From contig BTVV01000040.1 in assembly GCA_045863855.1 (NCBI GenBank), positions 1 to 47,583 of the forward strand: a stretch of 47,583 nucleotides of DNA, given 5' to 3'. The stretch comes from Planctomycetota bacterium (GTDB taxonomy: Bacteria > Planctomycetota > SZUA-567 > H5-PLA8). A program made the position numbers and the translations under genes. The first letter of the stretch is position 1, and every line of letters begins with the position of its first letter. Below the pieces are notes generated by a model. That model made no database searches and was not told where the DNA came from. It was given only the letters and a program-made list of their open reading frames with translations. Below are positions 24,078 to 34,485 of the stretch, piece by piece.

Positions 24078-27000
24078 ATTTGCCGTCGTAGACGCGAAGG
24101 TAGCCGTCTTCGGTGACCAGCAAGGCCTGATCGCCGGAGCCCAACAGCGTGGTCGGTTTTTGCGGCAGGCGCGCCGTCCAAAGCGTATGGCCGGTGGCCG
24201 CTTCCTTCAGCACGAGATGGCTGGCCGTGGCGATAGCGATGTAATCCGTACCCACGGCTACGGGCGGTAGGACGGGTTCGGCATCCAAGTTGGTCGTCCA
24301 AAGCGTCTGCGCTCGATCGGGTGCGGCCAGTTCCAGCGTCTGGGCGCCGGTGACCGCCAGAAATCCATTTTTCAAACTCAGCGGACCGAAGCGTGGCGCA
24401 GCGCCCAATTTGTGCGTGAAGGTCTGCTGCAGCGTCGCGGTGCTCCAACCTTGCAGCGTGCCCTCGCGGGCCAGTATGACGACGGACTTGGAATCGGCGT
24501 GCACGGCCGGTCCGCCGAACGGTTCGGGGGGCAAGGACGCCTGGCGCTCCTCACCGGACTCGTGGGCGATGGCGTAGAGCTTCCCGTCGCCCCGGGCAAA
24601 ATAGAAATGCAGGTCGTCGTGGTCCAGCACGCAGCCTGTCGGCGGCGCACCGCCCGGCAGCGTCTTTGCGGCGAAGCGCGCTCCTCCGTCGACTAAGTTA
24701 AAGCATTCGAAGCCCGCTTCGGTGGTCACACCCAGGAAGGGTCGATTGGGCATCAGCCGATGGGCCAAGCTGACGGGAGCCGCAAGCGCCGGCGATTTAA
24801 GTTCCAGGACCCGCGAACGAAGGGTGGTCGGATCGATCCGGTAGATGCGGTTCGACGCGGCCGAGCCGCACACCAGCGCTTCCAGGTCGCTGCCCTGAAC
24901 GAAGCGGATATGACGCAGCGCCTCGGCGCTCGCTTCCGGCGTCACTTTAAGCAACGGCTCTTCAGGCTTAAGTTTGCCGTTGAGCAGCCAGACGTCGGGT
25001 CCTTGCAGCCAGACCAGCCAGTGCTCACGGCGCGACAGACTTCCCGTTACGGCTCCCGGCAGCAGTCGAGGCGCCTGTGCGGGCAGGCGGTTCAAAACCA
25101 CGTCGATCGACGACTCGCGCAGGTTCTTCGCCGCGTACGTATAAGCTTCGAAGCCGTCCTTCTGCAGGTCCACTCGGACAAGCCCTTGCATCGGCACGAT
25201 CAGCTCGGTGGGCGTCGGCTGCGCGGTCAGCACGCCATTGAGCGTGATTTTTGCGCCGGCCGGCTGGCTGGTGATTTTCAGGCGCAAGGTGGCCTTGGAA
25301 GCGGCTTGCGAAAGAGGGTGCGTATCGACGAGTTCGCTCTTCTTCTTCATGGCTTCGTCGAGCTGCCCGCGCAGCTCGAGGCGCTGGATTTCCTTCCACA
25401 TATTCTCGGCGGGGGCTTCGGCTTCCGGCGCGATGCTGGCGTTAACCGTGGAAAGCAGTTCCCGGGCACGCTTGGCCAGGTAGATGTCGGGGTCGAGCTT
25501 GAAGAATGCTTCCAGTTCCTGCTGCGCGGTCTTGAAGTCGCGCTGAACCATCAGCCGGTTCACCTTCTCGAGGGTCTGGCCTACGGTCTTGAGGTGTTCG
25601 TCGAGCGCCGTCTGGCGCTGCTGCGCCTCCTGAGCCTGCGCCGAGCCGGGGTGTCCGCTGATCACCGTCTGGTAGCGCAGCCGCGCCGAGGTCAAGTCGC
25701 CGAGCGTCTCGTCGCGCTTGCCCAGTTCCAGCACCGCCTGAGCCGCGGCGCGGTTTTGGTCGAGCGTGGAAACCTGCGCGCGCAATTTACAGGCGATCTC
25801 TTCGGGCGGTCCTTCGGCCAGCATGGCGCGCATGGCTTCGGCCCGCGCGTCGCCTTCCAGTTTCTCGGCTTCGGCCAGGCGTCCGCGGAAGGCCTTCGCC
25901 GCCTTCGCTTGGCGCCACTCGTCGAAACGCTTCTGCACGACCGCGAACTCGTCGCGTACCGGGCCTTCCAGCTTGGGCAGCAGATTCGTGAAGCGCTTTA
26001 GCTCGTTGGCCGCGTCGTCCAGGGCTTTGGGGTCGCCCGCGTCGAGTGCCAACTTGGTGTGGTTGAGGCATTGCGTCAATTCGTCGCCGATGATCTTGAG
26101 CACTTCGGAATACTTTTCGGCCGACTTCTTGCGGATGGCCTCGTCGCGCGGAACGACCTGCAGCAGATCGAAGGCTTCGTCGTACGCGCGTTTGGCGATG
26201 GCCTCGTCCACGCGCAGCATCCACGCATCGAACTGGCGGCGCACGTCATCCGGAATTTCGGCCTGCCGGAAATGTTTGTAGTACGTCCAGCCGCCGCCGC
26301 CGGCCAGGATCACCAGAAAGACCGACGCGATGGCCAGGGTCTTTCCGGACCCTTTTTTCTGGATGATCAGAGCGGGGTTGGGCCGGCGGATGACCTCGGA
26401 ACGCACGCGGACCGAATCGGCGGACGCCGTCGCGCCCGAAACCAAGTTGCGCTTGCGTTCCAGGTCTTTCAGCAGCTTTTGAAGGGCCTCCTTGCGCCCG
26501 GCATCGCCTTCCAGTTCCAGCGCACAGCGCGCGATCCGTTCGGCCTCGTCCAGTCGGCCGGCCTCGTGGTGCGCTTTGGCCGCGTCGAGGTATTCGGTCG
26601 GCGGCAAGGGCTGGATCAGTTCGGCGTCCCAGAGTTCTACCAGCAGCAGGTTGGTGTTCATCCGGCCCAGGCAGGCCTTTTGCACCATCGACTCGACCGT
26701 GCGCTGTTCGTCGGTCAATTGCAGGAGCACCAGCCCTTCCGGCGACAAGCCGTGGCTGTTGGTCAGCATCTCGCGGCCCGAATCGGTCAGCCGCCAGAGG
26801 CTGGCTTGGCTGCGGACGCGCTTCTCCAGTTCCTTCCATTCGTCCACGCGCCGGGCGGCTTCCAGCAGCAGCGAGTTGGGGTCAATTTTCAGGCGTAGAA
26901 ACCCGCCCCCCAGCGCCATTTTGGCGTCCAGGCTGGCATTGGCCAGGAAGTCGAATTCGGCTTCTTTGAGCAGGAACAGGTCGCAGATCTCTTCCTCGAC

Positions 27001-27327
27001 TTGGAAGCGCAGTGCGGCTTCCAGGTCGTCCATCGTGACCAGACCCAGTTCGACCATCACCTGACCTAGCAGGTTGCCGGACTCTTTCTGGCGTTTGAGA
27101 GCTTCCTGGAGCTGGTCCTGGTTCAGCAGGCCGCGGGCGATCAGCAGATCGCCGATTAGAATGCGGTTCCCCGCTCCGCTGACGATGGTGACCGCGCCGT
27201 CTTGGATTTCGACAAAACGGGTGCCTTCCGGCGTCTGGATCCGCAGCAGTCCCGTGGAATGGCCATGCGACAGCGCCTGAAATACATCGGCGAGGCTGAC
27301 CGTGGCCAAGTTGCCTTTTAGACCCAT
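24076..27327 (-). CDS. DUF4388 (PatA_N) + MshEN-like + TM helix + TPR-like helices + PEGA + PQQ-like beta-propeller protein
   Basis: MGLKGNL...LADVFQ.L....STGLL.I; LIGDLLIARGLL...LQEAL.RQ; LLLEAARRVDEW; TM LAIASVFLVILAGGGGW; ITSQPAGAKITLNG...TP...KDGF (PEGA); repeated W/LW propeller blades at the C-terminus. Confidence 0.8.
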   Translation of the reverse strand: MGLKGNLATVSLADVFQALSHGHSTGLLRIQTPEGTRFVEIQDGAVTIVSGAGNRILIGDLLIARGLLNQDQLQEALKRQKESGNLLGQVMVELGLVTMDDLEAALRFQVEEEICDLFLLKEAEFDFLANASLDAKMALGGGFLRLKIDPNSLLLEAARRVDEWKELEKRVRSQASLWRLTDSGREMLTNSHGLSPEGLVLLQLTDEQRTVESMVQKACLGRMNTNLLLVELWDAELIQPLPPTEYLDAAKAHHEAGRLDEAERIARCALELEGDAGRKEALQKLLKDLERKRNLVSGATASADSVRVRSEVIRRPNPALIIQKKGSGKTLAIASVFLVILAGGGGWTYYKHFRQAEIPDDVRRQFDAWMLRVDEAIAKRAYDEAFDLLQVVPRDEAIRKKSAEKYSEVLKIIGDELTQCLNHTKLALDAGDPKALDDAANELKRFTNLLPKLEGPVRDEFAVVQKRFDEWRQAKAAKAFRGRLAEAEKLEGDARAEAMRAMLAEGPPEEIACKLRAQVSTLDQNRAAAQAVLELGKRDETLGDLTSARLRYQTVISGHPGSAQAQEAQQRQTALDEHLKTVGQTLEKVNRLMVQRDFKTAQQELEAFFKLDPDIYLAKRARELLSTVNASIAPEAEAPAENMWKEIQRLELRGQLDEAMKKKSELVDTHPLSQAASKATLRLKITSQPAGAKITLNGVLTAQPTPTELIVPMQGLVRVDLQKDGFEAYTYAAKNLRESSIDVVLNRLPAQAPRLLPGAVTGSLSRREHWLVWLQGPDVWLLNGKLKPEEPLLKVTPEASAEALRHIRFVQGSDLEALVCGSAASNRIYRIDPTTLRSRVLELKSPALAAPVSLAHRLMPNRPFLGVTTEAGFECFNLVDGGARFAAKTLPGGAPPTGCVLDHDDLHFYFARGDGKLYAIAHESGEERQASLPPEPFGGPAVHADSKSVVILAREGTLQGWSTATLQQTFTHKLGAAPRFGPLSLKNGFLAVTGAQTLELAAPDRAQTLWTTNLDAEPVLPPVAVGTDYIAIATASHLVLKEAATGHTLWTARLPQKPTTLLGSGDQALLVTEDGYLRVYDGK

Positions 27328-27506
27328 GTAGCCCTGCTTCTCCACACGGCTGCGGCCACGGCGAACGGCTCAGCCCGCAAAATCCGAGGTTGCGCCCACC
27401 GAAGCCGGGAGTGGCGACGGAGTACGATTGGTTTCGGTCCCGCCGCGGCGAGCGTCGAACCGACCCCTAAGCTCTTACCGATTCATCCAGCTAAAGCCTG
27501 GAGGCT

Positions 27507-27536
27507 AGGATACATGGAACGATTCTCCCATGTCAA
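27507..27536 (-). promoter_or_regulatory. sigma70-like promoter for the DUF4388 gene
   Basis: Minus strand TTGACA-N18-TATCCT, about 180 nt upstream of ATG 27327. Confidence 0.45.
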
Positions 27537-27814
27537 GGCGAAGCCCCTGCACGAAGCGCAAATCGCGCACCATGCCTATCCAGATACGAGCCGCGATGCG
27601 CTTCGCGGCCGCCTGAGCCCCATTCCTTTAGACGGCTTTGACACCGCCGAGCTTTGAATAGGTCTCGACGTGCGACCGCTGCAGGTTAAGAATGTTTTGG
27701 GTAGCCTGTCAGAAGTCCCAGGTGTTTTTATACAAGTTCAGGATAGATCGAACCCTGCGCGTTTTGGCGCGTCTGATCATTGGTGGCCCGTTCTGCCGGT
27801 ACCAGGGAGGTTGC

Positions 27815-30800
27815 ATGGAACCAGGATCCGAAACCGCGAAAGTCCATTTTAAGTGCTCCGAATGCGGCAAGGCGTTGGCCGCTTCGGCGGCCAATGTAGG
27901 CCGTAAGGTTCGTTGCCCCGATTGTCAGACGATTTTGATGGTTCCCGCGGCTGGCGGCGAGCAGCAAGCTCCGGCGGTTCGCGCGGCCTCGCAGTCCGGA
28001 TTTTCACAACCCAAGGTAGCGCCGGCGCCCGGGGCGAGCGGTTCGGGGGCGCAGGTGGTTCATCCGTCCGCCAGCGCCATGCGCACTGAGGCTGCCCCGC
28101 CGGCTCCTCCGCAGGCGCATGAGGCCGGACAGGAAGTGGTCCAGGCGCCCTCGGCTCTGCCTGCCGGGGAAGTGCGCCGGCCGGGCATCAGCGGTACGCG
28201 CCGGCCTGCGGCCAGTTCGCCGCGTCAACGCGCCACCGGCGAAGGCCGCTTTCAAGAGCGCCGCGCGCCCAAGGCCAGTTCCAAGGTTCCCATCCTCGTC
28301 GGCGCCGCGGGCATTGTGCTTGCGATCGGCTTCTTCGTCTTCCTGACGATTTCCAAGCAGATGGAAGTGGCCGCTCAGATCAAGCAGACCGACGGATTGG
28401 TGCAGCAGGCCGCCGCGAAGATGGACGAGGGGGAAATCGAAGAAGCGGCGAAGAAAGCGAAGGCCGCCGAGCAGCTCGTCAACTCGCTCACCCAGGACGC
28501 CGAAGCCGCCAAGCTGACGGCTTGGCGCGAAGCGCTCAAGAAGGTCGCCGATCAGAAGGCGCGTTTCGACGAAATCGACGAACTGATGGAGCAGTCGAAG
28601 GTCAAGCCCGGGCAGATCCGCGAGCAGCTTGAGCGCAAACGCATGCTCCTGGCTGACGAGAGCGGTGCGTCGATGGCGCTGCAACGCAAGATCGACGAAG
28701 CGCTGGTGCAGGTTTCCGAGCTGGAACGCCAGGCGCTGTTGGCCGCGTTGCGCAAGGAGATGGACGAGGCCAATCAGATCTACCGCGGCGGCGAGATCGA
28801 CGCGGCGATCCAGAAAGCCAACGACGTCCGCACCAAGCTCGCGGCGAACGATAAGCTTAAGGACGACGCCCTCGAACAGCGCATCACGGCGCTGCGCCTG
28901 CTGGGCGGGAAGTACGAAGAAGCCAAGCGTGTGGTGCAGCGCGCGAAGGGCGATTTCGACGCGGCCTTGCAAAAGCTCGACGAATTTGCCCAGGGGCTCG
29001 ATGCCGCGAGCGCCGACCATAAGCCCATCTTGGCGCAGTTGACGAAGCTCAAGGCGCAGGTCGAAGACGAGAAGAAGAAGTTCAAACGCCTGAACCCGGA
29101 AGACTTGGACAAACTCAACCGGGCCGCGCAGAACCTTGCGCGGCGCGATCCGGGCATCGCAGTGGGCGCCAAGAATCCGGCCGGCGGCGTAAGCCTTCAA
29201 TACAACGGCGTGAGCATGACTCTCGGCCTCGAACGTTCCGAGGGCAAGGAACAGATAGTCCTGGAAGCGGGCGGCGAACGCTTCACCGTTCCCGAAGACC
29301 TGCTTACCAAGCGCCCCGGAGCGGCCATACGCATGGTTCAGGCGCTGGGCGATGCCATGCAGAAGGCGGGCGTTCCGCCGGGCTCAAGCTGGGAAGTGAT
29401 CGCCGAAGCGCCATTGGCCAGCGCGAAGCGCAAGGCCGAGGACAAGGTCCAGATCTTCTGCGAAGACCGCGTTTACACCGGCACCGGCCACGAACACGCC
29501 AAGGCCGACGACGAAGCGACTCGCGCGCTCGAACAAGCCGGCGAAGCGCTGACCAAGGCCGTAGAAAACGACACGCAGGTTTCGGAAGAACAGCGCCGCG
29601 TGGTCGCTTACTTGCTCAACGGCACATACAAGGAACTGAAGCAGAACGACTACCTTCCCAGCGAGTTCTGCCGCCAGGTGGTCTACGACGGATACGTGGA
29701 GTCGAACATCGCGGGGAGCGAGCAGCGCTATAAGAACGAACTGGCCGACTACCGTAAAGCGTACGACGAATACGTTCGGATGCGCACGGGCTTCGAGGGC
29801 GTAAGCGCCACCGGCGAATCGCTCCTCTTCAAGCTCAACTACGACGATCACCTCGTCTTCCGCCGCCAGTACAAGAATCCCGACCGGACCAGTTTCGCGG
29901 TTAAGAATCCGTCCACCGAAGAACGCCCTCTGCTGTTCGTGGTCTCGGAATACGAAGGGATTCACGAGACCGTGCCCGTTGGAGCCGATCCGGTGAAGGT
30001 GAGCATGACGCATCCGGCGCTGGGCGTGGTTGCGACGTTCGACGTCAAGGCCGGCACGCTGGCCTACGATAAGCCGCGCTGGGCGCAGGCCGCGGCAATG
30101 ACGACTCACCCCAACGTCCCCGATTGGATGGGCCAGCCCGATTGGGCCTTCCCGCCGCACGTGGTCTTCGTCGATGCCGTGGGCCGCTCGCGCGCCATCG
30201 GCACCGAGAAGGGGCGCGTCGATCTGCCCAGCTTCTCGAAGATCGTGCAGGCCGACGAACGCAAAAAAGCCCAGGAAGCGTACCTCGACCAGTTGGCCAA
30301 GGTGCTCTACACCACCGGCCACTTGCATCTGTACTTCCTGTACTTCCATCAGTACGTCCTCGACAGCCCGCTCGAAGAAGCCACCGGTTTGCTGGGCTGC
30401 AGCGCCCACTGCGGCGATATCCACCAGGACGTGTACCAGTCGCTTAACCGCGAAATGGGCGGACGCTTTCTCGGCGACTGCGACGACTTGGCCGAGATAT
30501 ACGTGAACCTGACTCGCCGCCAGGGCAAGCTCAGCTTCGTCATGGCCGTGCCGGGTCACGCCACGTGCGGTTGGGTGGAACCCAAGGCCGCGGGCAACGG
30601 CTACGTGATGCAGTTCCTCGATACGGGCCCGCCACGCTACGTCGAAGCCGATACGCTGGACCAGGTCGTCGAACTCGGGTCGCGCACCTACGACCGCGAC
30701 AAGACCATGCGCTTCGATCCGAAGAGCCTGGGCTATCTTTTCCGCTTCGCCGGCGAACCCACGCGCACGCCGTACTACCTCTCCACCCGCATGTTCACCG

Positions 30801-32158
30801 ACCGCGAGTACGCCGAGGTGATGGAGCGGGTGCAGAGCTACTGGCACTTCCACTTCTATGCGCTGGGCATTCAAACGATGGAAGACCGCATCGCCAAGGG
30901 CGACGCCGTGCCCGAGAACTGCACCGAGTTGGCGGGTCTTTACGGCCGCGTGCACGAGTTCGAGAAAGCCAACGGCTGGACGCGTAAAGCCCTCGAACAG
31001 CTCAAAGCCGACGAGGTTCTGACCAAGTTCAATGAAGAGTTCCGCATCGCGCTGAACCTGCACGAGGCCAAACAGGACGATAAGTCCTTCGAGACGATCA
31101 AGGACAGCGTGGAGGAACTGAAGCGCTACAAATTCGGGACCGAAGAGTGGATGCGCACGATCTCGTCGCGCCTCTCGCTCGCCGGACTCCTCGACAGCAT
31201 CGGCCGGCCTTGGGAAGCCTACGAACTGCTCCAGACCGACGCCAACGTCTTCATGCGCAGCCAGCGCATGCGCCTCGATCACGCCGGCGCGCTGACCAAT
31301 ATCCTCGACGAGATGTACAAGCAGATTCGCGGCGGCAAGCAGCTTACCGAACGCGAAAAGCGCCTCACCGACGAACTCGACAACCTGCTCAATGCCTTCT
31401 ACCGCTACATGGTCTTCCGCAAGGAAGACGACTTCGGCGACCAGCAGCGCAATTACGCGTACATCGGCCTGTACTACGCGGCCAAGCAGGGGCACGAGAA
31501 GTTGCGCGAGGAATTGCTCAAGGACGGACCTTGGCCCGAAGGGGACCCCGATCCGGCCGCCCGGTCGAAGCAACCCAATGCGGAAGAAGACTGGAAGTGG
31601 ATACGCGTCTCGATGTGGTCCTACATCTTCGAGATCGGGCAGGCGCTCGATCCGGACAAGGATCCGTCCGAATGGCGCAAGGACGACGCCATCGCGCTTA
31701 CCAAGGCCATGCTGCGCGCTGCCGAACACGCGCGGAAGCGCGGTTCGCTGGCCTCCGGCGAGTACTACCTGCTTACGGCGAGGCTCACGCACGGCTTCCT
31801 GACCAAGAACTGGAACGAAGTGAAGGAGGTCTTGCAGGTGACCGAGCAGAAAGATTTTGCGCGTCTGACGGCCACCGTCGCCGAGTCCTTCGGGCAGGCC
31901 GCGCGCTTCGTTACGCCGGAAGAATTCGTGGCGCAGTACAAGGTCTTCTGCCAGCACATCAAGGAGCGCCCGCCGTTCTTCAACGTGGTTTACGAAGCCT
32001 ACCGCGGCGGCGCTTTCGAGCATGCGCGCCAGACGGCGAAGATCGCGCTTGAACACTGGAAGCACGACCCGCTGATGCGCGAGAACGGAGAGCGCGAAGT
32101 GAAGTTCCTCGAACAGTTGGTCGAGCAGCGCAAGAAAGAGGCCGCGCTTAAGAAATAG
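27815..32158 (+). CDS. large single-pass membrane protein: Zn ribbon, TM helix, coiled-coil/helical region, transglutaminase/BTLCP-like triad, TPR-like C-terminus
   Basis: GGGAGG SD before ATG 27815; CSECGK...VRCPDC; TM ILVGAAGIVLAIGFFVFLTI; GDCDDLA...VPGHA...FLDTG; strong GC3 codon bias. Confidence 0.8.
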   Translation: MEPGSETAKVHFKCSECGKALAASAANVGRKVRCPDCQTILMVPAAGGEQQAPAVRAASQSGFSQPKVAPAPGASGSGAQVVHPSASAMRTEAAPPAPPQAHEAGQEVVQAPSALPAGEVRRPGISGTRRPAASSPRQRATGEGRFQERRAPKASSKVPILVGAAGIVLAIGFFVFLTISKQMEVAAQIKQTDGLVQQAAAKMDEGEIEEAAKKAKAAEQLVNSLTQDAEAAKLTAWREALKKVADQKARFDEIDELMEQSKVKPGQIREQLERKRMLLADESGASMALQRKIDEALVQVSELERQALLAALRKEMDEANQIYRGGEIDAAIQKANDVRTKLAANDKLKDDALEQRITALRLLGGKYEEAKRVVQRAKGDFDAALQKLDEFAQGLDAASADHKPILAQLTKLKAQVEDEKKKFKRLNPEDLDKLNRAAQNLARRDPGIAVGAKNPAGGVSLQYNGVSMTLGLERSEGKEQIVLEAGGERFTVPEDLLTKRPGAAIRMVQALGDAMQKAGVPPGSSWEVIAEAPLASAKRKAEDKVQIFCEDRVYTGTGHEHAKADDEATRALEQAGEALTKAVENDTQVSEEQRRVVAYLLNGTYKELKQNDYLPSEFCRQVVYDGYVESNIAGSEQRYKNELADYRKAYDEYVRMRTGFEGVSATGESLLFKLNYDDHLVFRRQYKNPDRTSFAVKNPSTEERPLLFVVSEYEGIHETVPVGADPVKVSMTHPALGVVATFDVKAGTLAYDKPRWAQAAAMTTHPNVPDWMGQPDWAFPPHVVFVDAVGRSRAIGTEKGRVDLPSFSKIVQADERKKAQEAYLDQLAKVLYTTGHLHLYFLYFHQYVLDSPLEEATGLLGCSAHCGDIHQDVYQSLNREMGGRFLGDCDDLAEIYVNLTRRQGKLSFVMAVPGHATCGWVEPKAAGNGYVMQFLDTGPPRYVEADTLDQVVELGSRTYDRDKTMRFDPKSLGYLFRFAGEPTRTPYYLSTRMFTDREYAEVMERVQSYWHFHFYALGIQTMEDRIAKGDAVPENCTELAGLYGRVHEFEKANGWTRKALEQLKADEVLTKFNEEFRIALNLHEAKQDDKSFETIKDSVEELKRYKFGTEEWMRTISSRLSLAGLLDSIGRPWEAYELLQTDANVFMRSQRMRLDHAGALTNILDEMYKQIRGGKQLTEREKRLTDELDNLLNAFYRYMVFRKEDDFGDQQRNYAYIGLYYAAKQGHEKLREELLKDGPWPEGDPDPAARSKQPNAEEDWKWIRVSMWSYIFEIGQALDPDKDPSEWRKDDAIALTKAMLRAAEHARKRGSLASGEYYLLTARLTHGFLTKNWNEVKEVLQVTEQKDFARLTATVAESFGQAARFVTPEEFVAQYKVFCQHIKERPPFFNVVYEAYRGGAFEHARQTAKIALEHWKHDPLMRENGEREVKFLEQLVEQRKKEAALKK

Positions 32159-32185
32159 GCGTGCCCAAGCGGGCCGGAGTTCTCC

Positions 32186-32214
32186 ACGGGGCCGCACTGG
32201 GCGGCCCCGTTTTT
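32186..32214 (+). terminator. intrinsic terminator
   Basis: ACGGGGCCGC-actgg-GCGGCCCCGT followed by TTTT. Confidence 0.85.
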
Positions 32215-32396
32215 CTTGGACCTAATAAGACCCCACAAGATATTTCCAATAAAGCACTTATACGATTGAATTGGTTGGTTTAATCGGAAAGACGGACCGG
32301 ATTTTACTGATGTAGCCTTTAAGGAGTCCGCCGGGCGCGCCCTTCCGCAGGGGCGGACCATCCGGTAGAACGACGTTTCGAACTCAGGAGCCGGAC

Positions 32397-34412
32397 ATGA
32401 GCGCCTCGCTCTCCGTCGCACTTCCCCGCGCGCGTCAACGCTTGCTGAACGAGATCGACCGCGTGCTTTGGCGCCTGCGGGTGCAGGAGGCGCTGCGCAG
32501 CGGCGTCTTCTCGCTCACCGTCGTCGCGTTTCTGGGTATTCCGCTGATCTTCGTCGATAAGCTCCTGTACCTCAGCGCCATCGGGATCAGCGTCTACATC
32601 GTCTGGGCGGCGCTGGCGGCACTGTGCATTCCGTACGTTCTGCTGCGCTGCTTTTCGAACCGGATCCACGAAGCGCTAGCCGCGACGTTGGCCGACGAAC
32701 GCCTGGGGCTGCACGCGCGGCTTTGCACGGCGCTGACGCTTCGCGCCGACGAAGCCACGGGTTTCGGCGAGGCGTTTTTTGCCGAAGCTTCCGAACGCCT
32801 GGCGGCGCTGGATGCCACGCAGGCCGTGCCGTTGAATGCTCCGCGCTTCCTGGCGGTGCTCCCGCTTCCCCTGCTCGTTGCCGGCGGCCTCTGGAAGTTC
32901 ATGCCGCAGAAAGACCTGCTGGGGCTCGTGGAACAGCGCGCAGAAGCCGAACGCCGCGACCGCGCCAAGCGCGAGACGGTCGAAGACCTGAAGAAGCAGC
33001 TCGGCAAGCTCGAGGACTTGCAGGCCAAGGACCAGACGCAGGTCAAGGAAAACAGCGCCGAGTACAAATCCAAGCAGTTGATCCAGCAGGCCAAGGATAT
33101 CGCGAAGCAGATCGAGGAAGGCGAGAAGTCCGCCGAAGAAGGGATCGTGGCGCTGGCCGAACTGAAGCGCGCCATCGAGGAGCAGAAGGAAGAGATCAAG
33201 GAAGGCAAAGACTTCGGCGACCGGCTTAAAAAGCTCGCCGAGAAAGACCTCAGCATGGAGGACGGCGCGCTGACGAAGGAGGTTAGCGAGGCGCTGCAGC
33301 AGGGCGATGCGGCGCTGGCGGCGCAGCAGATGCGCCGGCTCGGGCGCAAGCTCAAGCAGGACATCCTCGAAAACGAGAAGCTATCGGCGGAGCAAAAAGC
33401 CGAGGCCATGAAGCAGTTGCAACGCGAAATGGAAAAGCTCGCCGGCGCGCTGGCCGAAGAAGAAGCGCTGCGCGAAGGGCTCCAGGAAGTCACCCAGCAA
33501 AGCATGAAAGCGTCCGACTACGACGCGCTGCAGAAAGAGATCGAGAAGCATCAGCAGCAACAGCAGGAAAAGAAGAACCAGGACCGGCAGGACGGCAATC
33601 AGGACGGCGGCATGCAGAGCGAGTTGGCGGAGCAGCTTCAGGAATCGCTCGACCAACTGGCCGGCGATATGGAAAAGGTCGGCGACGCCAACGACGAACA
33701 ACTCTCCGAAGGCGAACAGCAGGCGATGGAAGAGATGGAAAGTCTGGAAGAAGGCTTGGACGAAGCGATGGAGAGCTTGGTAGGCGCGTGCGAAGGCGGC
33801 AACTGCCAGCCCGGCGGGAAGCGTTCGGAAAGCGGCGGCAAGCGCGGGCGCGAAGGCGCCGAAGGTAAGCAGGCGCGCGAGGGCGGCAAGCGCCCCTCCA
33901 AGCGCGGCGGAGAAGAAGGCCAGGAAGGCCAACAAGGCCAGCAAGCCGGCCAAGATGGCGGTCAGGACGGCGGCCAGGACGGCGGCCAGGACGGTGAGCA
34001 GGGCGGCAAGGGTTCAGGCAACGGAAACGGCGAAAAAGGTCAGAGCGGCAACCAGCCTGCCTTCAGCGGCCCCAACCAGGGCGGCCAAGGCAGCGGGCGC
34101 CGTGCGTATCGCGAAGGCGATGCGTGGTTCGAAGAGTCCAAAGTGAAAGGCAAACTCCAGGCCGGCGCGATCACCGGACTGTCGCACTTCCGCGGCCAGG
34201 GCGCGAAAGGCGAAGTCCCCGAAGCGTATGTCCAGGCGCTCACCACCGCCGAACAGGAGATGGCCAGCAGCCTCGAAATGGACCGTGTGCCCGCCGATGC
34301 GCAGGAAATGGTCAAAGACTACTTCCTGAACCTCAAGCAGGACGCCGGCATCGTCCGCCCCGTTGCTCCGCCCGCGCCCGCACCCAGCGGCGGCGAAGAG
34401 CTGAAGGAATAA
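32397..34412 (+). CDS. membrane-anchored coiled-coil protein with a Gly/Gln-rich linker (DUF4175-like architecture)
   Basis: Two N-terminal TM helices, D.RLGL..RL.TAL motif, a third TM helix, long coiled coil, G/Q-rich region, C-terminal VP...QEMVKDYF; CAGGAG SD. Confidence 0.75.
   Translation: MSASLSVALPRARQRLLNEIDRVLWRLRVQEALRSGVFSLTVVAFLGIPLIFVDKLLYLSAIGISVYIVWAALAALCIPYVLLRCFSNRIHEALAATLADERLGLHARLCTALTLRADEATGFGEAFFAEASERLAALDATQAVPLNAPRFLAVLPLPLLVAGGLWKFMPQKDLLGLVEQRAEAERRDRAKRETVEDLKKQLGKLEDLQAKDQTQVKENSAEYKSKQLIQQAKDIAKQIEEGEKSAEEGIVALAELKRAIEEQKEEIKEGKDFGDRLKKLAEKDLSMEDGALTKEVSEALQQGDAALAAQQMRRLGRKLKQDILENEKLSAEQKAEAMKQLQREMEKLAGALAEEEALREGLQEVTQQSMKASDYDALQKEIEKHQQQQQEKKNQDRQDGNQDGGMQSELAEQLQESLDQLAGDMEKVGDANDEQLSEGEQQAMEEMESLEEGLDEAMESLVGACEGGNCQPGGKRSESGGKRGREGAEGKQAREGGKRPSKRGGEEGQEGQQGQQAGQDGGQDGGQDGGQDGEQGGKGSGNGNGEKGQSGNQPAFSGPNQGGQGSGRRAYREGDAWFEESKVKGKLQAGAITGLSHFRGQGAKGEVPEAYVQALTTAEQEMASSLEMDRVPADAQEMVKDYFLNLKQDAGIVRPVAPPAPAPSGGEELKE
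33948..33995 (+). repeat. 12-bp coding tandem repeat (GQDG)x4
   Basis: ggccaagatggc ggtcaggacggc ggccaggacggc ggccaggacggt. Confidence 0.8.
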
Positions 34413-34485
34413 ATTCGCCTGCGTTCTCGTGAATGACGCTCCGCGCCAAGCCGCGCGGACCCATTTCCCGAATAGGCTTTACGAC

